NCBI GenBank assembly: GCA_025594325.1
Contig: JANHCV010000003.1
Span: 1,984,001-2,048,000, forward strand
Source: Blastocladiella emersonii ATCC 22665
Taxonomy: Eukaryota; Fungi; Blastocladiomycota
DNA length: 64,000 nucleotides
Direction of reading: 5' to 3'
Part shown: one piece after another, positions 22,619-34,349 of the stretch
How positions within the stretch are numbered: the first letter of the stretch is position 1
Layout: each line of letters opens with the position of its first letter
The notes under the pieces: model-generated
What the model saw: the letters and a program-made list of their open reading frames with translations, nothing else
What the model was told of the DNA's origin: nothing
Database searches by the model: none
Position numbers and translations under genes: made by a program

Positions 22619-23269
22619 TCACTTGCGCGCATAATACTCGGCGAGCCGCGCCTCGAGCCGGCGCACCGACTCCCGGACAAACTCGCGCGTCGTCTCGACC
22701 TCGACCGACGTGGCCGCGTCCAAGTCGACGGGCACCCGGGTCCCGTCGTCGGCCACGGTCGTGCACGCGTCGTCGAGCGCCGCCAGGTACCCCTTGAGCT
22801 GCAGCAGCTGGAACGCGCGCGCCGCCGGATCGAACCGGTGCAGGTTGACCGTCGCCGAAAGCGTCAGGTCGCCCGTCGCCTCGAGCGCGAGCCGGCGCGC
22901 CAGGTGTGCGGTGTTGGGCCCCAAACCGGCGTCGTCGACCACGAGCGTCGCGCCGCCGTCGAGCTCGGTCCCCTCGGCCTTATCCTCGCCTGCGTCGTCA
23001 TCCTCGTCATCGTCGTCGTCGGGGACGTACGAGAACAGGCCCGTCGCGTCGAGCGCCTGCGACAGGCTGACGGCGGCGAGCGAGCCGGCGCCGATGCCCA
23101 GACCCGTCACGAGCACAAGCCCGGCCGCCGTGCGCAGCGACACGCGCGGGGCGTGCGACTGGCCCGGCTGCGGCGGCGGGAGGAAGAAGGCGATGGACCG
23201 GCGCGAGGCCGACGGCCGGGCGCGGGTGGTGGCCGCGGTGGCGGCGCGGCGGAGTAGGGTGCTTGACAT
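22619..23269 (-). CDS. Hypothetical protein, probably mitochondrially targeted, one TM segment
   Basis: Arg/Ser/Thr-rich presequence-like N-terminus, hydrophobic AAGLVLVTGLGIGAG, acidic linker, helical C-terminus; coding-like GC3 bias. Confidence 0.6.
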   Translation of the reverse strand: MSSTLLRRAATAATTRARPSASRRSIAFFLPPPQPGQSHAPRVSLRTAAGLVLVTGLGIGAGSLAAVSLSQALDATGLFSYVPDDDDDEDDDAGEDKAEGTELDGGATLVVDDAGLGPNTAHLARRLALEATGDLTLSATVNLHRFDPAARAFQLLQLKGYLAALDDACTTVADDGTRVPVDLDAATSVEVETTREFVRESVRRLEARLAEYYARK

Positions 23270-23485
23270 TGCAGTGAGCGAGCTTCTTTAGATGATATGC
23301 ATGAGCGTATGAGTGATTTGAGGGAGGGAGAAAGGAAGGAGGGCGACGAGGGAGACACGCGAAGTGGCGCGGCCTTCCTCGCGCCGCGGTCGCCGTTCTC
23401 GCTGTTCCGGAAGGAGGGGCTTCCTTTAGGTCCACTTTTCCAGCCCGTGATCGATCAAAAAATATATTCCGTAAGCATCCCGAAC

Positions 23486-24543
23486 CTAGACCTGGATGTA
23501 CCCGCGCTGGCCGCCCGTCAGCTTGGCCTTGATGGCGAGGAACAGGTCCTACACGACGCGTCATGGTCAGTCGTCATGTCCAGCGGCGGTGAAGGAGCAG
23601 GAGAGCGTACGATGGCCATGCCGGGCAGCTCGGCAAAGAACTCGTAGTGCGGGATCTGGTCGGTGCCCTCGAGGCGCAGCGCGAACCGGCGGTACAGCGT
23701 GCCGATGAGCATGTACCCGCAGAACAGGAGGAAGATGCTACACCGTGATGCGTCAGCTTCGCCCCCCTCACACACCGGGCCCGACGTACGTCAGGACAAA
23801 CGAGCCGAACCCGCCGCCGCTGCTGGGCGTCTCGGGCGTGGTAGCCGGCGGCGCGTCGGGCTTCTTGTCACCGCCGCCGTTCGCGGGCGCGCCGGCGGCC
23901 GTCGGACACCCGGCCGCGGACCGGACACCCAGCACGAGCTTCTCATCCGTGCGCTCCTTGATCTCCCACGCGCCGGCGCTGCCATGGTTACACTCGAACC
24001 GGAACGCGGTCGCAAACCCGCGCCCCTCGGCGGCCTTCCCGTCGAACGCGAGCGTGAGCACGCCGCCCTCGCCGTCGGTCGCCGACGACGCCGCGTACTC
24101 GATGCGCGGGAGCACCGCGTCGCCGCCCGCGACCAGGTTGACGACCTCGGCGACCAGGTTCACGTTGCCCTTGTCGATGCGCTTCGTCAGGCACGTCCAC
24201 GCGCCCGCGTCGCACCGGTCCTCGGCGGGGATGCTCGTGTCGGACGGCGAGGCCAGCGCGCGGCACGCGTTGGCGCGGTACGTCAGCGTCGTCTTGGACG
24301 GAGGCGTCGCGACGACTTGCGAGATCTCGGCGTCGCTACGGGTTGGGCGGGACGTTAGCTCTTGATGGGGTGTGCGGCGTGTGGCAGGACGCACGACTTG
24401 AAGGCCAGCGACACGTCAAAGTGGCGGCCCTGGAAGTCGATCTTGGAGCAGTCAAAGGCCGCGAGCGCGGCGCCCGGCACCACCGCGAGCAGCGCCGCGG
24501 CGACGAGCAGCAGCATGGGGTTGTTGGACGTGGACGGCTTCAT
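23486..24543 (-). CDS. ATG27: Atg27 / mannose-6-phosphate receptor-homology type I membrane protein
   Basis: Signal peptide; spliced ...TPPSKTTLTYRANAC...FEC...VRSAAGCP; TM; cytosolic YRRFALRLEGTDQIPHYEFFAELPG; ends GYIQV. Several short introns. Confidence 0.75.
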
Positions 24544-24756
24544 GGTAACAAGGGTCGGCTACGTCGGATCCTGTCTGGGAGCAAGAGGGAGAGGGAGAGG
24601 GGAAGGTTGGCGGAGGTCGCGGGCGCGCGACTTGCCGTGCTTCAGAGACCGCGCGACGATCACATGGGCCGCCGCCGACGCGCTCGCGCGGCAAGACGTG
24701 TTGCTCGCCTCTCTCGCTCTCCCCTCTCCCCACCCAGCAAAGAAGAAGAAGCCGCA

Positions 24757-25239
24757 ATGACAAACAACACCCATGCACGCACCGAGGCCGCGCCCGAGCC
24801 CGAGGAGGTCGAAGTGATGCCGGGCGTGTTCCTGACGGCGCGCCGGCCTCGCGCGACCGAGCCCGCCCCCGCCCCCGCCCCCAAGTCCGCCTCCGACACC
24901 CTCGCCGCCGAATGGTCCGCGTACATCACGGCGCTGCACGACCTGAGCACCGAGTCGGTGATCGGCGAGTACCGCGCCGTCGATCTGGCGGCGACGCAGC
25001 TGGTGCGCAGCAACGCCGAGCTCGCCGAGTACGCGGCGGCCGACCCGGACCCGGTGCTGACCGAGGCGATCCGCGAGAACGAGGCGGTGCTCGTCCGGTT
25101 CGAGGCCAAGAAGAAGCTCGTGCTGCAGCTACTGCACAAGCGCGGCGTGGATACCCGGCACGCGGTCGGTGCGGAGCTGGTCGAGCCCGCGGAGGAGGGG
25201 AAGGAGGAGGAGGAGGAGGAGGAGGGCGTGTTCCTGTAA
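24757..25239 (+). CDS. Tma17/Adc17-like small coiled-coil protein
   Basis: QLVRSNAELAEY...LTEAIRENEAVLVRF resembles yeast Tma17 (HLQRSNARL...VRENEIVL); acidic tail ending GVFL. Confidence 0.55.
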   Translation: MTNNTHARTEAAPEPEEVEVMPGVFLTARRPRATEPAPAPAPKSASDTLAAEWSAYITALHDLSTESVIGEYRAVDLAATQLVRSNAELAEYAAADPDPVLTEAIRENEAVLVRFEAKKKLVLQLLHKRGVDTRHAVGAELVEPAEEGKEEEEEEEGVFL

Positions 25240-25322
25240 CCGTGAGTGTGTATCAAACAAGGGTCAAATTATATGGAAGCATGTGGGGGACTAGAAGAGA
25301 GGGAACAAAGGAGAGGCCGCGC

Positions 25323-26345
25323 TCAGTTCTTCTTGCCGCGCGGACGGCCCTTGACGACCCACCACGTCGGCTTGGACTTCTTGCGGGTGCGGAACCCCTT
25401 GGTGGGCACGCCCCAGGGGGTGACGGGGATCTTCCCCTTGGTGCGCGACTCACCACCGCCGTGCGGGTGGTCGCACGGGTTCATGGCCACACCGCGCACC
25501 TTGGGCCGACGCCCACGGTTGCGGTTCGCGCCCGCCGACCCGAGGATGCGGTGCATCCAGTCCGGGTTGGACGTGGCGCCGATGGTCGCGGCGCACTCGA
25601 CGTGGATCAGGCGCACCTCGCCCGACTGCAGGCGGATCTGCGCGTAGCCCTCGGTCGCGTTGGAGATGATCTGGCCCGAGGTGCCGGCGGACCGGCACAG
25701 CTGCGCGGGGCCCCACCGGCGCAGCCCGATGGCGTGGATCGTGGTGCCGACGGGGATGTCCTTGATCTTGAGGCAGTTGCCGACCTGGATCGTGGGCGCG
25801 GCGGTGCCCGGCTCGGCGTTGGCGAGGTCCGCGGGCACGCCCGTGCGGTACGACAGCACGGTATCGCCGGCCTTGAGCCCCTGCGGCGCGAGAATGTACG
25901 ACAGCTCGCCGCTCGCCTCGTGCTTGAGGAGCGCGAGGAACGCGGACCGGAACGGGTCGAACTCGATGCGCACCACCTTCTGCGGGCCGGGCGCGCGCCG
26001 CGTGAAGTCGACGGTGCGGATCACACGCAGCGGACCGCCGCCGCGCCCGCGCGCCGTGATGCGCCCGTGGTTGTTGCGGCCGCCCGTCCGCTTCTTGATA
26101 ATGGTCAGCTTCGTCACGGGCTCGCCCTGGTACACGCCCAGCGCGTCCATGTCAATGTCGCGCTTGTGCCGCAGACCGCCCGTCACCGGCTTGTACGTGA
26201 TGAACCGGCCGTCCGAACGCGCCAGCGCCGACTGCGTCGACTGCGCGCGGACAAACTGGTGGGACTTGAGCGAGAGCAACGGCGCCGGCTTGGCACCGGC
26301 CCGCGCCAGGGCACGGGCGGCGTGGAGGCGCAGTCCACTCAGCAT
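25323..26345 (-). CDS. RML2: Mitochondrial ribosomal protein uL2m
   Basis: Presequence; GGRNNHGRITARGRGGG; RIEFDPFRSA; VRGVAMNPCDHPHGGGE. Confidence 0.93.
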   Translation of the reverse strand: MLSGLRLHAARALARAGAKPAPLLSLKSHQFVRAQSTQSALARSDGRFITYKPVTGGLRHKRDIDMDALGVYQGEPVTKLTIIKKRTGGRNNHGRITARGRGGGPLRVIRTVDFTRRAPGPQKVVRIEFDPFRSAFLALLKHEASGELSYILAPQGLKAGDTVLSYRTGVPADLANAEPGTAAPTIQVGNCLKIKDIPVGTTIHAIGLRRWGPAQLCRSAGTSGQIISNATEGYAQIRLQSGEVRLIHVECAATIGATSNPDWMHRILGSAGANRNRGRRPKVRGVAMNPCDHPHGGGESRTKGKIPVTPWGVPTKGFRTRKKSKPTWWVVKGRPRGKKN

Positions 26346-26733
26346 GAGGTTTTTGGGGGTCGATCGAAGAGCAGGCGCGCGGGTGGGAGGAGCGCCGGGA
26401 CGTCGCGGGGGAGGGCTCGATGCGTCAAGTTACGTTGCTTCGTGCACGCCGCGGGCGTCGTCAATCGTCGTCGTCGTCCTTTCGTAAACGGCCGCAACTC
26501 AGCGGATCGCTCGCCGGCGAGGGCTGTTGTCGCCGCGGCTGACTGCACGTGACGCGAGCCGGCGCGGACTCTGACGCGAAACGGCGCCCGGATTCGAGTT
26601 GCTCTGCTCCATCTCCATCGCGTCGCTGTATGCGCCCCATGAATCCATTGGCTGCGGCCCCCCGCGATATACCACGTAGCTGCAACGCATCAACCACGCC
26701 CATTCATCACCACCATCATACCCACCGACCCGA

Positions 26734-28216
26734 ATGACGAGCGCCAACGATCCCGCAGGCGGTGGCGGGACCTCGGTCGCCGAGGTCGAGATCCGCGAGG
26801 CGATTGAGCGGCAGGACCTGCCCAAGCTGCGCTCGCTCGGCGCGAAGCACGGGTTCCTGACGAAACCGCTGCGGCAGCGCGCGTGGCCGATCCTGCTGCG
26901 GTGCACCGAGTACAAGCTGCCGACCGACAAGGAGTACGCGGCCATGGCCACCACCTACGAGCACCAGATCCGCCTCGACGTGAACCGGTCGTTTGTCCAC
27001 TTCACGGACCAGCTCGAGGATTTGGTGGCGATGCAGCCGCCATTACCGCACTCGTCGCCGTCGTCGCCCGGTGGCGGGTTTGGGGCGGAGGAGGACGACC
27101 TGTTTGTCCCGCCCGCGGGCGCCGGCGCACCACCACCACCAAGGCCCGACGCGCCGCCGCCGTCGCGGCGCGACCTGCTCAAGCTGCGCGGCAAGGCCAT
27201 GCTGCAGCGCATGCTGGTCCGGCTCGTGTCGCGGTACCCGTTCCTCCACTACTACCAGGGGCTGCACGATATCTGCACGATCCTGCTCCTCGTGCTCGGC
27301 GAGCGCATGGGCACGTGTGCCGCCGAGGTGCTCGCGCTCTACTACCTGCGGTGCGTACGCGTTTTCGCGGTGGTCGCGGCCTCGACGGAGCGCTAACGAT
27401 TTTGGGGGACACAGCGACGCGATGCACAAGTCGCTCGAGCCCGTGATGCAGCAGATGCGCGTGGTGCTGCCGCTCATCAAGATGGAGTCCAAGCCCATCT
27501 ACACGCTGCTCGAGGAGTGCGAGCTGCACCCGTACTTTTGCCTGTCGTGGGTCATCGGCTGGTTCTCGCACGACCTGACCTCGTTCGACGCCGTGTGCCG
27601 CCTCTTCGACTTCTTCCTGTGCTCAAACCCCGTCATGCCCGTGTACCTGTCGGCGGCCATCGTGCTAAGGCAACACGACGACCTCATGGACCTCGACCGC
27701 GACTTTGCGCTCGTCCACTCGTTCCTGTCCAAGGTGCCGCGCGACCCGGACGCCGTCGACGGCTGGATCCACGACGCGGCGCGCCTCTACTACCGGTACC
27801 CGCTCGACACCGTCGCGGGCATGACCGGGTGGCGGTTCGACCCCGGGTGCGCCGCGGTCCGGTTCGACCGCGATTTCCCGGGCACCTTCAAGCGCCTCCC
27901 GCTCGCCCCGTCCGAGATCGAGGACCTGATGCACTCGGGCGCCGCGCTGCAGCCTGCGGCCACCGGGACGGGGGATGGCGACGACGGCATCTACGCGTTC
28001 AAGCCCCTGCCCATCACGAAACGCATGGGCCGCGCGTACGTGCCCGTCGAGGGCGACGCGCCCGCGCTGATCCTCATCACGGCGGTCGCGATTGGCGTGC
28101 TGTCCATGAGCATCGGCATCCTGCAGCGCGGCGGCGGCGGGGCCGCGGACGCGGCGGCCGCCGCGCAGGGGATCGACGTGCTCGGGCGCGTCCTGGTGCT
28201 GCTGCTGCGGTCATGA
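26734..28216 (+). CDS. TBC-domain Rab GTPase-activating protein (TBC1D20/Gyp8-like) with C-terminal TM
   Basis: IRLDVNRSF (IxxDxxR), YYQGLHDI (YxQ), one intron near 27351-27413, YFCLSWVIGWFSH, C-terminal hydrophobic segment. Confidence 0.85.
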
Positions 28217-28479
28217 CGACGACGACGAGGACGAGCAGCGCAATTTTGTCTATACTATCCAGCCACTATTCAACTCAACGAGGAACCGTGATCCAACAGA
28301 CGTGTGTGATTTTGTATGTTTTCGGGTGGGAGACACGAGGGGAAGGGGGGAATGACAAACAGGGGGGAAGGGTGGATGGGGAGAGAAGACTCGGCTCGCG
28401 TTGGCGGCGGCCCCAGACGGGTGTCTGGGCGCCATCGACACCGAGTCGAGTCGAGTAGAGTCGAGGCGCAGCGCACCAC

Positions 28480-29092
28480 TTAGCGGTCCTCGGCCCACTC
28501 GTTCTCGCGGCGGATCTGCTCCTCCTCCTCGGGGGTGAAGTCTGTTGTTGGGGGAGCGGAGCGGGTGTGAGTGAGGGTCGGCGCCACGGTCGAAGCGAAG
28601 CAAGGCGTACCGTTCTGGATGCCGAAGGTCTTGCGGATCTCCTCGGTGGTCTTGCCCTTGATCATGTTGGCGACCGTCTTGCAGCCGAGGTCGAGCAGCG
28701 GCTTGATGTCGAGGTAGTTGGCGGCGAGGATGATCTCGAACAGCATCTCCTGCTCGACCGTGATGTACTCCGAGTCCCACTCGTCAATGTCGTCCGAGCG
28801 GCGGCGCTCCTCCGTGTCCTCCTCCTCGTCGGGGTTGGGCAGCGGGTCGTTCTTGTGGTGCTCGCAGTACTCGATGACCTGTTCCACAAACCGTTAGCAC
28901 CACAGGCCGGACACGTCGCGAGCGCACGGAACGCACCTTCTTGAGCACGCGCGCCGTCACGTTGGGGATGGGGATCTCCGTGTCGGCGTCGTCACCGACG
29001 TCCTCGAGCATGTTCTTGAGCAGGACCGACCGGTTGGCCACGTCGAGCGACACGGTGAGGGTCTCGCCGTCGGAGCTGGTGAGCTTGGGCAT
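28480..29092 (-). CDS. SKP1: Skp1 SCF ubiquitin-ligase adaptor
   Basis: Three exons: [22 protein letters not shown]...[62 protein letters not shown]. Confidence 0.96.
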
Positions 29093-29436
29093 GGTGGTGT
29101 TACAGGGCGGTGGTGCAGGGGGTAGCAGTGCGGCAAGTCCGGCTGACGGGAACGAGATGTGGGGAGCGGGGGAGGGCGCGCGTTAAGAGCGAGGACGGCG
29201 CGAGCGTGGAGCGTGGCGGGCAGCGTGCCAGGCCGGCCGAGCGAGCGGAACGAGCGGTGCGCACCAGGGGGGCTGCCCTGGTGCGCACGGCGCGTGCATG
29301 CTCGCACTTTTCTCCCCGTCACCAACTTCCACATGTCGTCTCGCGTCTCCGTCGACTCACTTCCGCTCGCCGCGTGACGCGTCCTCGCGCGTCGCACTCT
29401 GACTTGGCAGTGACACGCACTTATATTCCTCGGCTA

Positions 29437-31585
29437 CTACATGGGCCGCGCGAGCTGCACGAGCCGCATCGCACGCAGCCGCGACACCGCAGCCAACACG
29501 TCCTGCGGCCGCGCGCGCGCGTGCCGGCCCTCGAGCCGCGCCGCGACCTGGGCAAGCTGCACGTCCGTCCCCGCAGTCCGCACCACCGTCTCGGCGAGCG
29601 ACTCGAGCCGCGCGTGCTGCTGCTGCTGCTCCTGGCACCGCCGCTGGATGCGAGCCACCGCGTCGATGGCGAACCGCAGCTGCCCGGGCTCGACGATCCC
29701 GCACACGGCGGCGGGACCGAGATCCCACTCGCCCAGCTCCCCCAGGTTCGCGCGCCTTGCCGAGTCGACGCGCGTCTTGAGCAGCTCGAGCGCGGGCGCG
29801 CTGGCGACGGTGCGTGAGCGCGGTGGGGCGAGCGGGGACGCTTTCGCGGCGGCGGTGGCGGAAGGCCCCGCGGGCGTCCCCGCGATCGCCCACGCGCGCT
29901 GCGTCCAGTCGTGCGGCGTGTACGCGACCATGCCGAGGACCGCGTCGGCGAGCGGGAGGTAGTCGCCGGACGCGCCAACCACCAGCACCACGGAAGTCCC
30001 CGCGGCGACGAGCAACCGCACGCGCGACGTGAAGGGCGCGATCGGCTCGGCGGAGATCAGCGCGTGCATGCGCGCGTCGCGCACCATGAAGTTGGTCGCG
30101 CACGTGTCCTCGTCCAGCAGCAGCGCGCGCGCGCCCGCCTCGCGCGCCTCCTGCACCGCGGCCGCGAGGGACGTGCTGCCGGACGCGTTGGCCGTCGAGA
30201 AGTCGGCCGACGACCGCGGACCCTGCGCCGACGGCAGGTCGCCGATGAACGGCGATATGTCGACCCGGTGCACCGCGCGCCCGTCCTCGCTCTGCACGTG
30301 CATCGCCGTCGGGTCGATCACCAACCACTCGCGCCCGTCGCCGGGGACCTTGCTGTACACGCCCGCGGCCAGGGACTGCAGCACGGTCGACTTGCCGTGG
30401 AACCCGCCGCCGGCGATCAGCAGCAGGCCGCGGCACAGGCCCGTGCCCGAGATGGGCCCGTTGTGCGGCCGGTGGAAGGTGACGCGCAGCGACGGTGGCG
30501 ACACCCACGGCACGGCGCCCGGCGCGGGAGCTTCCGAGTCGCCCGCTGCGCGAGGCAGGATGCTGCCGTCGCCAATGAACCCGACGAGCTCTACATTGAC
30601 GGTGGTGAGCGGGACATGGATTAGAATTAGGGGCCATGAGTAAAAGCGTACCGTCCGACATGGCAATCTGCTCGCGCAGCCACTCCTGGTCCTCGACGTT
30701 CTTGACAAACTCCTCGGCCTTGCGCAAGTCGACGCCCTGGCCGCCGCCGCCGTTCCCGCGCGCCGCGACCAGATGCGCGGCCACGATCTGCGGGAGCACT
30801 TTGCACAGGAGCTGGGTGCACACGGCGCCCATGATCGTGCGCCCACGCGCCGGCAGCGACAGGGTGAACCGCGCCGTGACGCCCTCGGTCGTGACCTGGA
30901 CGCTCGACCGCTCGAGGACGAAACAGCTCGGGACCACCATGCCCCAGGCGCCGCCCTTGGGCCCGCTCCACCCGGACCCGCGCGGCGTCAGCGACTCGGC
31001 CGTCAGCGCCACGGCGAACCGGCGGTTTAGGTGGTCGGCGAGGGCCACGCGCCGCGTCTCGTTGTCGAGGAACCACGCGGGGAAGCCCGCGGCGGCGTGG
31101 CCGAGGGTTACCTCAATGGACGACGGCGGCGCGTACGAGTCCGACTGCACGTGCAGGAAACGCAAAGTGAAGGTCTCGCTCGTGAACGTGTGCCCCAGCA
31201 GGTCCTTGTACGCCCCGTACTGCTTGTCGTTGATCCGCTTCAGCCGCGCGCGCAGGTCGTCGAAGGTCGAGATCGGGCTATACCGTGCAGGACAATGTTA
31301 GGTAGGCTCCCGGTCACCCGCTCTGACATGGACGTCGTACTTTTCGTTGCTCACCTCCATCGGCCACTGCGCCGCCTCGTCGCTCGGGACCGGATCCGCC
31401 TCGCGCTCCTCTCGCAGGCGCCGCGACGCTCCGCCGCCGTACTTTTCCTTGTAGTAGGCGCCACGACCGCGACCGCCTCCGCCGCGGCCTCGGCCGCCGC
31501 CACGGCCACCGTCGCCGCCGCGCTGGCCGGCCCACTGCTGCTGCTGCTGACCTTCTACGGATCCCGAGAGTTCATTCAGCTCTGT
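29437..31585 (-). CDS. ABC-class ATPase of the COG3044 / ABC_ATPase (MRB1590-like) family with an N-terminal RGG region
   Basis: Spliced: RGG box; KQYGAYKDL...FLHVQSDSYAPPS; GFIGDGSILPRAAG; Walker A GGGFHGKST; SEDGR; FSTANASGSTS; LLLDEDTCATNFMVRDARM. Confidence 0.85.
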
Positions 31586-31777
31586 GCGTTGCGGCAAGTT
31601 GATACATGGTTCGGATCACACCGTTTGACATGGTAGGGGATTCCGTGGAGGATCGTCGACGGCTGGTCCGCTCAGCTGACGCAGCGCCGCGGCCTGCAGG
31701 TCAAAACCTTCGCGTGTTCTCCGGCGCGCTCTCGCTCTCCCCCCTCGGCACGCGACGCAGCACAACGCATCAACACC

Positions 31778-32438
31778 ATGGTCCTCGGCCTTATCATGAA
31801 CTCGTATGACCCGGCGCTGGTCCACGGCGCCTTTGCGCTCGTCACCAAGCCGCGTACGCATCGCCGCTGCTGCTGTGACCCGTGCGCGTCGCTCGAGCTT
31901 GACGGAACCGCCCTCGTCTAGTCATGCCCGCGTGGCTCCTCGCCCTCTTCTTCCCGCGGGCGACCCTCACGCGCCGCCTCCTGCTCGCGTACCAGGCCGT
32001 GCTCGCCAGCGTGTACATCTGGCAGGCCGTGTCGCTCATCTTTGAGGCCGGTACGGATCGCCCGCCCACTTCCCCTCCCTTGCTCGGTTCCCACGCCTGA
32101 CCCGCACCCAATCTCTAGCCCCGCCGGGCGTCACCGGTCTCCTCGGCTCGAGCTACGTGCTGACGAGCATCGACCTGTTCACGCTGCCCGGGATCGTGAG
32201 CTTCTTCCACGTCGCGGCCGACCACCAGGTGGCCGCCGCGTGGCAGCACTACCTGGCGTTTGACCTGTTCGTCGGGTGGTCGATTGCACGCGACGCCGAG
32301 ATCGTCGGCATCTCCAAGTTTATCGTCGCACCGTGCATGTTCTTCACCCTCATGCTCGGGCCCACGGGCGTCGGCATGTACCTCCTCGCCAAGCTCGCGC
32401 TCGGCAAGTTTGGCGTCAAGGGGCAGGCGTTGTTCTGA
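31778..32438 (+). CDS. ABA4-like (DUF4281) membrane protein, copy 1
   Basis: Three exons with two phase-1 introns; ...AWQHYLAFDLFVGWSIARDAEIVGISKFIVAPCMFFTLMLGPTG. Confidence 0.85.
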
Positions 32439-32703
32439 GGAGTGAGGTGCGCGTAGCGCGCGGCTCGAGTGTAAAGTACAACTGTTTCTTGTATCACACG
32501 TCGTTCGCGTCCCGTCGCGTTCCTAGAACGGCAGCTTGTGTACGCGCTCAGCCATGCTTGCAAACCAGGGCACGATGCCGAGAATCCCGAGCCTGAGGGC
32601 CGGGTTAGCCGACCGCGAGGCGGCGGTCTTGGCAGCCATAAGGGCGCGTCGACCTGCGCATCCAGTGCTCGCTCCCCATCCTCATCGCACCCGATCCTTC
32701 ACC

Positions 32704-33342
32704 ATGGTCCTCCACTACATCATGAACTCGTACGACCCGGCGCTCGTGCACGGCGCCTTCAAGCTCGCGTCTAAGCCGCGTACGTCGTGCTGGGGGACCT
32801 CGTTTCCTCCTTCCGAGCTGATCCGCGATGCGATGCAGTCCTCCCGTGCTGGATCATCGCGTGCCTCTTCCCGCGCGCCAAGGCCACCCGTGTCGCGATG
32901 CTGCTGATGCAGGCCGTTCTCGCTGTCCTGTACATGTGGCAGGCGATCTCCTTCGTCTTCGCCCCCGGTACGCACGCCACACTCCGTTCCGAGTGATCCA
33001 ACAACTGATCCCCTCGCCCGCGTAGCCCCTCCCGGCGTCCCCGGCCTCCTCGGCTCCAGCTACGTCTTGGCCAAGCAAGACCTCACGCTGCCCGGGATCG
33101 TCAACTTCTTCCACGGCGCCGCGGACCACCAGATCGCCGCCGCGTGGCAGCACTACCTCGCGTTCGACCTGTTTGTCGGCTGGGCGATTGCGCGCGACGC
33201 CGAGATTGTGGGGATCTCGAAGCTGATTGTGGCGCCGTGCATGTTCTTCACGCTGATGCTGGGCCCGAACGGGTCCGGAATGTACTTGCTGGCGAAGCTC
33301 GCGCTGGGCAAGTTTGGCGGGCCCGGCGCGGCGCTGTTCTGA
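32704..33342 (+). CDS. ABA4-like (DUF4281) membrane protein, copy 2
   Basis: Same exon layout as copy 1; AWQHYLAFDLFVGWAIARDAEIVGISKLIVAPCMFFTLMLGPNG. Confidence 0.85.
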
Positions 33343-33656
33343 AGCGACGACCAGGAGCCGGTGAGCGTGGCTCGCGCAGGACGAATTTCGTAGGAGCGCC
33401 GTTTCCACGGTTGAGTAGAAATATATGGCGTCTATCGCTTCTCCTATCCTTGATCATGGGGAGAGGGGGAAGCGCGTGAACCATGCGGACGAAGCCGCCG
33501 CACGAAGCGAGTAGCGCAATGACGCGTTGTTCATGTGCGCGCGCGGCGTCGCGTGGGCCCGCTGGCATTTCGCGTTTTCAACGAGGCGGCCGCCGCTTCA
33601 CTTCGGGCCGCGACCCGCGTTCCCTCCCGCTCTCCCCCGCATACCCCCAACCTGCC

Positions 33657-34287
33657 ATGCATCTTCTATCCGCGCTCATCGAACTGGCCACGACCGACCA
33701 CGACCCGGTCCCGCTGCGGGTCGCCCTCAACAGTCTCGGTACTTTGAAGCACGACGTGCGCCCGAAGTGGAGCTAAGCGTTTCTATCCAACCAGTCCTCG
33801 CATCGTGGCTCCTCGCCTTCATCGCGCCCAACGGGTCCGTCACACGCTGCATCGTGCTCGGCACCGAGGCCGCGCTCGCTGCCGTGTACGCGGGCCACTT
33901 GCTCGCGACGTCGTTCCAAGTCCCAGGTACGCACATCCCACCCTCTCACCTCACCCGTCTTCGTTCTCACACTCTTCCGTAGCCCCACTGAACCTCGGCT
34001 GCGGCAGCGGCGCAAGACTACCCGCGCTCGTCGACTTCTTCCACGCCGCGTCGCCGGTGCAGGTCGAGGCGGCGGCGCACCACGCGGCGGCCGCGGGCCT
34101 GCTGGTCGGGTGGATCATGGCGCGCGACGCGGCGGCGCGCGGCGTGCCGAAGGTCGTGCTCGCGCCGTGCCTGTTCCTGACGTACGCGATGGGACCGCTG
34201 GGGCTGCTCGGGTACCTCGCGGCGCGGGTCGACTTTCAACCCGCAAGAAGCTCGGCGTGTGGTGGTGGCGAGAAGGTGGGGCTATGA
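33657..34287 (+). CDS. ABA4-like (DUF4281) membrane protein, copy 3 (divergent)
   Basis: Same two phase-1 introns. LPALVDFFH...AAHHAAAAGLLVGWIMARDAAARGVPKVVLAPCLFLTYAMGPLG; the WxHYLAFD motif is lost. Confidence 0.75.
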
Positions 34288-34349
34288 GAGGATTGAGGAG
34301 ACTATATAAAAAACTGTACGAGTAATAGACCATCACAACGAGCGCCAAC

